From Parachlamydiaceae bacterium (lineage in GTDB: Bacteria; Chlamydiota; Chlamydiia; Chlamydiales; Parachlamydiaceae), in the NCBI GenBank assembly GCA_013815395.1, contig JACDGH010000002.1:1-34314 (forward strand): 34,314 nt of DNA. Direction: 5' to 3'. The position numbers were made by a program, and so were the translations under genes. Positions 27,134 to 34,314 of this stretch are shown here, in pieces (position 1 is the first letter of the stretch; the number at the start of each line of letters is the position of its first letter). The notes under the pieces are model-generated. The model was not told where the DNA came from, ran no database searches, and saw only the letters and a list, made by a program, of their open reading frames with translations.

Positions 27134-28531
27134 TCATTTTTTGAGTTTAATCTTGTTGAAACCATTTAATGCAGCAACGCGATAGCCTTCGGCAAAAGTA
27201 GGATAGTTAAATATTTGATCGATAAAATAGTTAATTTTTGCGTGAAAGCTTATTGCAAGTTGTCCAATATGAATAACTTCTGTTGCATTTCTGCCTATGA
27301 TATGCACCCCAAGGATTTCCAAAGTTTCAGCATGAAACAATAGCTTAAACATGCCAATATTGCTTCCTGCAATATGACTTCGCGCAATTTCATAATAATA
27401 TGCACGTCCGACCTCATAATGATATCCCAGATCGCGCAATTCTTCTTCAGTATAACCGCAAGATGATATTTCGGGAATAGCATAAATGCCAACTGGATAA
27501 AATGTTGGAAAGTAACTTGCTTGAGCGCCGAAGGCATGTCTAGCTGCAAGGCGTCCTTGCTCCATACTTGTTGAAGCTAATGAAGGCCCACCTATTACAT
27601 CTCCAACAGCATAAATATTTGGTGCAGTTGTCTGAAAAAGGGCATTGACTGCGATATATCCCCTTTCGTTGAGATTAATGCCTGTGTTTTGAATTTGCAA
27701 TGCGTCGACATTTGACACTCTTCCCAAAGCATAGAGAAGGGTTTCCCCCATCAATGAAGTTCCATCTTTAAATTGTACATAGGCCTTATCACCACGTCGT
27801 TCAATAATTTCAGGTTCTTTATTTCCTAGAAAGCGCAGCCCAATGTCTGTCAAAGCTGTTTGCAAATGAATACCAATTTCAGAATCTAATAATGGGAGAA
27901 TGTGATCTTTTTTATCAACAATAGTGACTTCTGTTTCCAATGCCGCAAAAAAACTGGCATATTCAGAACCTATGATCCCTCCGCCTAGAACAATCATATC
28001 TTTAGGCACTTTATTCAGTCCAAGGATACGGGTAGAATCTAATATCACTTCATTATCAAAGGGAATATTGGTGGGATTGCGTGGCTTAGAACCCGTAGCA
28101 ATCATAAAAAAATCGCTTTTAATTTGAAATAACATGCGAAAATCATGATCGACAACAATAAGCATGTGTGAATTTTCAAAGCGCGCAGTTCCTATAATTA
28201 ATCGTATATTATTCTTTTTAAGTTGGCGATACACCATATTTCGCTCTTCTTCAATCACTTTATGTAAGCGGAAATTTAGGTCACTTATGGAAACATCTCC
28301 AACTTTATATGTCGCAGCAAAAAAGCTTCTATCATAAAATCGGGTCAAGTCAATGATAGCTTCTCTCAAGGTTTTTGATGGAATGGTACCATTATACAAG
28401 CAGTTGCCGCCTGGATCGGGTGCCCGTTCAATTACAATGACCTTTTTACCTAGCTTGGCGCCTTGAATAGCAGCCTTCTGCCCAGCAGGGCCCGAACCTA
28501 TCACAACTAAATCTGCAACAATTTCTTCCAT
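27134..28531 (-). CDS. sthA: soluble pyridine nucleotide transhydrogenase (Si-specific)
   Basis: It has the FAD fold [13 protein letters not shown] and a single-Cys motif [13 protein letters not shown] (compare the E. coli SthA motif GGGCTHWGTIPSK, which lacks the CxxxxC disulfide). The C-terminus [20 protein letters not shown] closely matches the SthA sequence [20 protein letters not shown]. Confidence 0.88.
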   Translation of the reverse strand: [465 protein letters not shown]

Positions 28532-28781
28532 ATATCATAAACTCCACAGTCCCAGATGCCTAGCTACCCTTTGTCTTATACAGTTAATATACATAGTTCA
28601 TCCCTCGAATATGTTCAATAAAAAGTGGTTAGACTCAGGAATTTGGTGATCACTCAACCTGAACGTGCATCATTAATGAGGCTTTGAAAGTTTCATGATC
28701 GCGCACTTAGTCAAACATTGAAGCCCAAGCACTTCCTTGACCTTCAAAAAAATTATATCCTTCAAAAAAAATAAGGAGTAA

Positions 28782-29258
28782 TCAAGTAACGCTGCTCAAT
28801 CCTAAAATGAGGCTGGCTTTATACCCTTTCTGCCCCAATTTAGCTTCAAACACCCCATGCAAGAAATGTCCACCATTTAATGGTTCAATGGGAATCAGAT
28901 TCAGCAAACACCTTAAGATATTCAAACACATCGTTACATACAAAATACATTGGATATAATAGTGGGAAGCAAAAACTTCTGATTCAAGAAGAAAGTAATG
29001 GGTGGCAATCAGAAGACTTTCGAATAAAGGACCATTCAGCGTGATGATAAGATCTTGTTTGCGCGTCATGCCATAGTTATTATACTAAGCCTGCCCTCCA
29101 AACGCCTCCAAGCTCACTGTGGGCCTGACCCCAAAATAGGCGGCGGTTAAAGCATACCCATATTCATGCACCAGCAGACTCACTACCATGATGCATCCGA
29201 CGAACAAATTTTCGATCGAAATTTCTCGATAAAGTCTTGTGAAAAGTAATAAGAAGAT
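28782..29258 (-). pseudogene. degraded M50 (site-2 protease-like) metalloprotease
   Basis: The minus-strand reading is ...VVSLLVHEYGYALTAAYFGVRPTVSLEAFGGQA-TAG-YNNYGMTRKQDLIITLNGP...IPIEPLNGGHF. The HExxH motif has decayed to HEYGY, there is an in-frame TAG at about 29085, and there is no start codon. The PLDGG-like motif (PLNGG) is retained. Confidence 0.75.
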
Positions 29259-29619
29259 CTAAAAGCTGGCATGTATTCGGACTGGAATGTTTAAAATGTA
29301 AAATTCAGTATATCCTTTATTATGTCTTAAAATCGCCTTATAAAGTATTCTACACGATTGGAGATCGGTAGCGTGGGTTATAAAATATTTGCTTGCATAT
29401 TGGACAAATACCATCGTTTTTATACTGTCAGAATCTTCCCACGCATCAATACATGAGGGACACATCAACCAATTTTCATCGCCTATCTGAGTTATTTGTT
29501 TAATCGAATTATTAGGAAATTCTTGATCCATCATTGCTTTCCAATATCGAAAAATGTGACCTTCTTCCTCTTTGAATAGGAATTACGCTTTGCTTATTTA
29601 CTGTGCCTTTAACGATCAT
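29259..29619 (-). pseudogene. decayed, internally deleted copy of the Zn-ribbon family found at 31.5-34.3 kb
   Basis: It retains the family 5' region (GATCATAAATAATCCCTGAATGATTATGAAATCTG) and MMDQEFPNNSIKQITQIGDENWLMCPSCIDAWEDSD. The N-terminal domain is missing and the C-terminus is frameshifted. Confidence 0.7.
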
Positions 29620-29660
29620 AAATAATCCCTGAATGATTATGAAATCTGCTTTGAATGTAG

Positions 29661-29950
29661 GCTATTGGATTAATTTTAAGGACATAAGGGACATAAAGGA
29701 CATAAAGGACTTAAAGGACAAAAAAGGGCTTAAACGTAAGACATATATTCGTAGGATTGAAAAGATAAACTTTTAGTCCCTTAAGTCCTTTATCTTCTTT
29801 ATGACCCTTAAGTCCTTAATGTCCTTTATGTCATTTCCTTTTGCCCTTTAAAGACCAACCTACAAATGATTCAAGTTGACAACATTGAGCAGGTCGCACT
29901 GGCTACTTTTTTGCCCACATCATACATTGGAAGAAATTAAACCAATAGTC
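29661..29950. mobile_element. roughly 290-bp MITE-like insertion with terminal inverted repeats and internal inverted 9-mer arrays
   Basis: The ends are GCTATTGGATTAATT (29661..) and AATTAAACCAATAGTC (..29950), which are inverted repeats. The paralogous locus at 33471..33483 reads AATGTAG-AGATAC with nothing between those two halves. No ORF is present. Confidence 0.6.
29676..29852. repeat. two facing arrays of the 9-mer TAAAGGACA (about 6 forward, about 8 reverse)
   Basis: The forward array is TTAAGGACATAAGGGACATAAAGGACATAAAGGACTTAAAGGACAAAAAAGGGCTTAA. After a spacer of about 42 nt comes TTAGTCCCTTAAGTCCTTTATCTTCTTTATGACCCTTAAGTCCTTAATGTCCTTTATGTCATTTCCTTTTGCCCTTTAAAG. Confidence 0.85.
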
Positions 29951-29984
29951 AGATATTAGAGATACGCTATTCAATCCTGATGTG

Positions 29985-30056
29985 CTATTCACTTGAGCTA
30001 AATTTTTTCGTAATCATTTCTATTATTTTTATGTCTTCTGAGTATATCTCAATAGA
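29985..30056 (-). pseudogene. 3'-terminal remnant of a paralog of gene 33509..33991
   Basis: It reads SIEIYSEDIKIIEMITKKFSSSE-stop, compared with HFEIYSEDIKTIEMISKKFSSSEITLKNL in the intact gene. Stop codons lie immediately upstream. Confidence 0.65.
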
Positions 30057-30308
30057 TTATTAACTGTTCTACTGAGCCTGCTTCATGTTAATATGTTTTA
30101 ATAACGTCATTCTCAGCGTCTCAGCGCTCCTCAGTGTCTCTGCGTTCCCCCCTTGGCCTCCAAAACATATTAAAACAGTCCTAAGAAAAAAGCCCGCTAT
30201 TTACTATTTTTTCTCATAGGTTTATGGCCGGCCATCAAGCAATTTGGCCCACTCTAAATTGACATTTATTTTATGTTGCTTTAACCTCTTGCTAACACTT
30301 CTAACGCA

Positions 30309-31205
30309 ATGTTAATTATGATGCGATTTATGACTAAATATATCATTTCGAAAAAAATTCTATTTCTTTTATTTTTTGCTTGTATTTCACTTGATTTGAA
30401 TGGAATTTCCTATGAATATTTTTCTAACGGATATTCTACATCAGTTCATGTTCTTACAGTTAACCCTAATGAAAATATTATAGTACCTGTCAAATCTGCT
30501 GGCGAGGAAATCGGAAGAGAAACTGTAATGACTCTTTCAAAACGTTATGGAGCAGTAGCTGCCGTCAATGGAGGATTTTGGAAACTAAACGGAAATCCTG
30601 CTGGAATATTAAAAATCAATAATCATTGGCACGGAACTCCTACTAAACCAAGAGGGGCAATAGGATGGTCAATCAATAATCCTAAAGTGTTAATTGATAG
30701 ATTATTAACAAATTATCAGATCAATGATTGTCTTTATCCTAATTGCGGTGAAATAGAAGTTATTCCAATGTCTATCCCTCCTAATACAACTCCAGAAGAG
30801 TGGAGAGAGGTTGAACATATTGTTGGAGGAACTCCTTTATTAGTAAGTAAAGGGTGTATAATTGAAGATTATAGCTCGGAGCAAACTCTTGAGTCATTTC
30901 TTGTTAAGAAGCATGCGAGAACTGCAGTTGGTATAAAAAATACTGGTGAATGGTTATTTGTCGTAGTTGATGGTCGTATTCACGGTCTTCTTGCGGGAAT
31001 GACAATGAAAGAATTAGCCGAATTGATGGTGGAGCTTGGTTGCATAGAAGCGTTAAATCTTGATGGAGGAGGTTCATCAACAATGATAATTGATAACAAG
31101 GTTATCAATGAACCATGCGGCAAAATTCAAGAGTTTGGAAAAGAGGTTGAGGCGGTATCCGATGCAATCTTAATTTTCCCAAAGAAAGCCTTAAAAAAAA
31201 TTTAA
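30309..31205 (+). CDS. phosphodiester glycosidase family protein (DUF2233-like), secreted or membrane-anchored
   Basis: It has an N-terminal hydrophobic segment KKILFLLFFACISL, then AAVNGGFW, GAIGWS, VGGTPLLV, ARTAVG, LFVVVDGR, GMTMKELAELMVELGC and ALNLDGGGSSTM. The start may be any of the ATGs between 30309 and 30327. Confidence 0.8.
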   Translation: MLIMMRFMTKYIISKKILFLLFFACISLDLNGISYEYFSNGYSTSVHVLTVNPNENIIVPVKSAGEEIGRETVMTLSKRYGAVAAVNGGFWKLNGNPAGILKINNHWHGTPTKPRGAIGWSINNPKVLIDRLLTNYQINDCLYPNCGEIEVIPMSIPPNTTPEEWREVEHIVGGTPLLVSKGCIIEDYSSEQTLESFLVKKHARTAVGIKNTGEWLFVVVDGRIHGLLAGMTMKELAELMVELGCIEALNLDGGGSSTMIIDNKVINEPCGKIQEFGKEVEAVSDAILIFPKKALKKI

Positions 31206-31498
31206 GAAATAAAGCCATTTGATAGACTCCATGCATACGTGTCAAAACAAATTTAAATTTATTTAAGTTTTTAACCGCTTTATGATCCGAATTCTGTGCT
31301 CGCCCCCCCATCCTTATAAATCGTCCTTTTTCATATTAAGCCGTTTTTTTTACAAGACTCTGGTAGAATACTCGATTTTCGGCTAGTTGCAAAAATAATT
31401 CGCCTTGCTGTCCATGATAAGCGTATTTTTTTGGCGTTTCGCTTAATGTGATTAATAAAAATCGACTAAGCAATTTTTTCTGTTTTTCTTTTTGTTCT

Positions 31499-31546
31499 TC
31501 AATCGGTAAAGAGCCGCCTATTATTTTCTATGCATTTAATGATCAT
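31499..31546 (-). pseudogene. 5' stub of a further family copy (MIIKCIENNRRLFTD-stop)
   Basis: It shares the upstream spacer and the first 8 codons with the array copies. It then stops, and a shifted frame continues IEEQKEKQKK into unrelated sequence. Confidence 0.5.
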
Positions 31547-31623
31547 AAATAAAATTCTGATTGATTCTGAAATTAGCTTTAGTAGTTAGAATTTCTTCGC
31601 TTCTTAAAGAATTACAAACTTGC

Positions 31624-32173
31624 TTAAATGGGGGATCGGTAGCGTGGGTTATGAAACAGCTGTTTGCACATTGGACAAATAACCATCGCATTTCTATTGT
31701 CAGAATCCTCCCAAGCGTCAATACAAGAAGGGCACATCAACCATTTCTCATCGCCAATTTGCGCTTTTTGTTTAATTGCATTGTTAGGAAACTCCAGATC
31801 CATTAATGCTTTCCAATAGCGAAAAATTCGGACCTCCTCTTCTTCTCCATCGGTTAAATTATTATAAAAAGAGTCATCCTTTATCATTTCAGGAAAACCT
31901 ATAACCATTCCTTTTTGGTCTGAATAATTTTATCGAGCAAAGCCAATATCGTGAGCCTAAAGGATTAATGATTTCAAAAAAGGAAGACAAACACCATGTC
32001 GGATAGCTACAAATTTTTTCTTCATTAACACAAAATTTAATACGTTGTCCAAATTGAAGAATTCCATATACAACATATTCTTTTCTAATGCGAATGTAAT
32101 CTTTGTCAGGAACTCCTTCTTGTTCTTCAATCGTTAAAGAGCTGCGTCTGTTTTCTATGCATTTAATGATCAT
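31624..32173 (-). pseudogene. Zn-ribbon family copy 1, frameshifted
   Basis: ORFs 31889..32173 (MIIKCIENRRSSL...) and 31624..31908 (MVIGFPEM...CPSCIDAWEDSD...CPMCKQLFHNPRYRSPI) together equal the intact 188-aa copy. There is a net 5-nt length difference near 31910..31925. Confidence 0.8.
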
Positions 32174-32238
32174 ATATATTCCCTGAATGATTCTGAAATT
32201 AGCTTTGGTTGTTGGGAATTTCTTTGTGTTTTACAAAG

Positions 32239-32805
32239 TCACAAACTTGCTTCAATGGGAGATCGGTAGCGTGGGTAATGAAACAGCTGTTTGCACATTG
32301 GACAAATAAACATCGCATCTCTATTGTCAGAATCCTCCCAAGCGTCAATACAAGAGGGGCACATCAACCATTTCTCATCGCCAATTTGCGCTTTTTGTTT
32401 AATTACATTGTTAGGAAACTCCAGATCCATTAATGCTTTCCAATAGCGAAAAATTCGGACCTCCTCTTCTTCTCCATCGGTTAAATTATTATAAAAAGAG
32501 TCATCCCTTATCATTTCAGGAAAACCTATAACCATTCCTTTTTTGTCATTATAATCCTCTTTTATCGAGCAAAGCCAGTAACGTGAGGCCAATGGATTAA
32601 TGATTTCGAAAAAAGGATATAAACACCATATAGGAAAGCTGCAAATTGTGTCTTCATAAACACAAAATTCAATATAATTACCGAATTGACAAAATCCATA
32701 TACAACATATTCTTTTCCGACAAGTATGTATTCTGTTTCAGCTATATCGGTGTATTTTTGGATAGATATTAAGCTGTGTTTGTTTTCTATGCATTTAATG
32801 ATCAT
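32239..32805 (-). CDS. Zn-ribbon family copy 2 (the only intact copy): variable N-terminal domain plus CxxC-16-CxxC C-terminus
   Basis: A 188-aa uninterrupted ORF. It reads MIIKCIENKHS...FFEIINPLASRYWLCSIK...EEEVRIFRYWKALMDLEFPNNVIKQKAQIGDEKWLMCPSCIDAWEDSDNRDAMFICPMCKQLFHYPRY. Confidence 0.85.
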   Translation of the reverse strand: MIIKCIENKHSLISIQKYTDIAETEYILVGKEYVVYGFCQFGNYIEFCVYEDTICSFPIWCLYPFFEIINPLASRYWLCSIKEDYNDKKGMVIGFPEMIRDDSFYNNLTDGEEEEVRIFRYWKALMDLEFPNNVIKQKAQIGDEKWLMCPSCIDAWEDSDNRDAMFICPMCKQLFHYPRYRSPIEASL

Positions 32806-32870
32806 AAATAATACCCTGATTGATTCTAAAATTAGCTTTGATTGTTAGAATTTTTTCGCTTCTTACAGAG

Positions 32871-33436
32871 TTACAAACTTGCTTCAATGGGGGATCGGTA
32901 GCGTGGGTTATGAAACAGCTGATTGCACATTGGACAAATAACCATCGCATCTCTATTGTCATAATCCTCCCAAGCGTCAATACAAGAGGGGCACATCAAC
33001 CATTTCTCATCGCCAATTTGCGCTTTTTGTTAATTGCATTGTTAGGAAACTCCATATCCATTAATGCTTTCCAATAGCGAAAAATTTGGACCTCTTCTTC
33101 TTCTCCATCAATTAAGTTATTATAAAAGCAATAATCATTTATTAATTCAGGAAAACCAAAAGCAAGACCTTTTTGGCCATTATCGTTATTTTTTATCGCG
33201 CAAAGCCAATAACGTGAGGCCAATGGATTAATGATTTCAAAAAAGGGAGATAAACACCATATTGGAAAGCTAGAAATACCTTCTTCATCTACACAGAAAT
33301 CAATTTGATCATCAAATTGACAGAGTCCATATACTACATATTCTTTTCCGATACGTATGTAATCTGTTTCAGGCACACCATCTTGATCTTGAATCGCTAA
33401 AGAGCTGCGTCTGTTTTCAATGCATTTAATGATCAT
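32871..33436 (-). pseudogene. Zn-ribbon family copy 3, frameshifted
   Basis: The conserved start MIIKCIEN is at 33436. One T is missing from the TTT near 33030 (CTTTTTGTTAATT vs CTTTTTGTTTAATT in copies 1, 2 and 4), so the Zn-ribbon half is out of frame. The original stop is at 32871..32873. Confidence 0.8.
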
Positions 33437-33508
33437 AAATATTCCCAGAATGATTATGAAATCTGTTTTGAATGTAGAGATACACAACTATTAATTCTTA
33501 AGGGTTAT

Positions 33509-33991
33509 TTATAAATTCTTAAGCGTTATTTCACTTGAGCTGAATTTTTTCGATATCATTTCTATTGTTTTTATGTCTTCCGAGTATATCTCAAAGTGTG
33601 ATGTATCAAATGCGCGTATTTCCAATAAAACCCCATTCCAACTTATAGATCGAAATGGCTCATCTTCTGTTTCTAGTTCGACAATTTGAATATTTTGAGA
33701 AGATAAATTGGCGTCAATACACAAAAAAACACCCCAAATGAATTGGTCAATTCCAGAACAATATTGAATAAATTCTGAATCAGTTCCTGTAGGATTCAAC
33801 TGAATATTGTTAAGGTCGTTTTTCATCGCCCCTATCCCTACTGCTTCAATATCTGCCCCATACCATATGTGCGGAGCCAAAAATTCTTTTAGCGTTTTAA
33901 TAATTAAAATTAATTGCGTTCCCAGGCAAATTACTTTGTCTGAAGGAAAACACTTACTCATAAGTAAAACTCGGTACTTTGGCTTAAACAT
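33509..33991 (-). CDS. hypothetical protein interleaved in the array (partner gene)
   Basis: A 160-aa ORF from ATG 33991 (MFKPKYRV). The track starts at a TTG at 34003. A remnant paralog at 29985..30056 sits next to the decayed family copy. Confidence 0.75.
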   Translation of the reverse strand: MFKPKYRVLLMSKCFPSDKVICLGTQLILIIKTLKEFLAPHIWYGADIEAVGIGAMKNDLNNIQLNPTGTDSEFIQYCSGIDQFIWGVFLCIDANLSSQNIQIVELETEDEPFRSISWNGVLLEIRAFDTSHFEIYSEDIKTIEMISKKFSSSEITLKNL

Positions 33992-34111
33992 TAATATTTC
34001 CAATTACTAATAGTTTTCAAAGTCCTCCGAGAAGTTCTCGAACTTGGCATATTTCAATAGGGATGCGCATTAGATATTCCTAATTTCCCTCAAAATATCT
34101 TTGAAACGGTC

Positions 34112-34314
34112 TTATTTTGTATTCTGTTCGATGGGAGATAGGTAACGTGGGTTATGAAATAACTGTTTGCACATTGGACAAATAACCATCGCATTTCTAT
34201 TGTCAGAATCCTCCCAAGCGTCAATACAAGAGGGGCACATCAACCATTTCTCATCGCCAATTTGCGCTTTTTGTTTAATTACATTGTTAGGAAACTCCAG
34301 ATCCATTAATGCTT
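34112..34314 (-). CDS. Zn-ribbon family copy 4, truncated by the window edge
   Basis: The frame is open to nt 34314 (KALMDLEFPNNVIKQKAQIGDEKWLMCPSCIDAWEDSDNRNAMVICPMCKQLFHNPRYLSPIEQNTK). The N-terminal half lies outside the window. Confidence 0.8.
   Translation of the reverse strand, partial: ALMDLEFPNNVIKQKAQIGDEKWLMCPSCIDAWEDSDNRNAMVICPMCKQLFHNPRYLSPIEQNTK

Noticed and set aside
29676-29852. CRISPR array
   Set aside because: The repeats are 9 nt, directly abutting without spacers, and arranged as two inverted blocks. They are not 24-40-nt repeats with unique spacers.
31536-33077. Antisense and out-of-frame ORFs recurring in every array unit (31561..31806, 32209..32433, 32820..33077, 31536..31721, 32795..32980)
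   Set aside because: They recur because the underlying DNA is about 97 percent identical between units. They lack Cys/His or other motifs and ribosome-binding sites. The sense frame carries the conserved CxxC pairs. A genuine overlapping gene cannot be excluded but is unsupported.

Overview
This is a low-GC bacterial chromosome segment. Core genes are a mitochondrial-type aconitase, a nusB-murB-PHP-folC operon, clpB, tRNA-Ser(UGA), brnQ and sthA. Their protein style resembles environmental chlamydiae, but that is inference only. Accessory and decaying patches are interleaved with the core genes. (1) nt 2-5531: a 5'-truncated RHS/YD-repeat polymorphic toxin. Its roughly 274-aa C-terminal tip has the landmark order of a Ser-Asp-His alpha/beta hydrolase. 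A tightly coupled lipoprotein ORF follows and is a candidate immunity gene. (2) nt 5.9-10.8 kb: very AT-rich orphan genes. They include a divergent pair that each carry 21-nt (heptad) tandem repeats, and two tandem paralogs. (3) nt 20.4-24.7 kb: orphan genes, a PPP-type metallophosphoesterase, large GC-rich hairpin repeats, and two tandem leader-peptide/terminator units upstream of brnQ. The second leader encodes Ile-Ile-Val-Val-Ile. (4) nt 28.8-34.3 kb: a decay zone. It holds an M50 protease pseudogene and a roughly 290-bp MITE-like insertion built from inverted arrays of a 9-mer. It also holds a roughly 632-nt-period tandem array of a small gene family with a variable N-terminal half and a near-identical CxxC...CxxC C-terminal half. 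Only one array copy is intact. The array is interleaved with a 160-aa partner gene. The aconitase gene carries an in-frame TAA at a conserved Lys codon. All functional calls rest on motif recognition by eye. No database search was possible.
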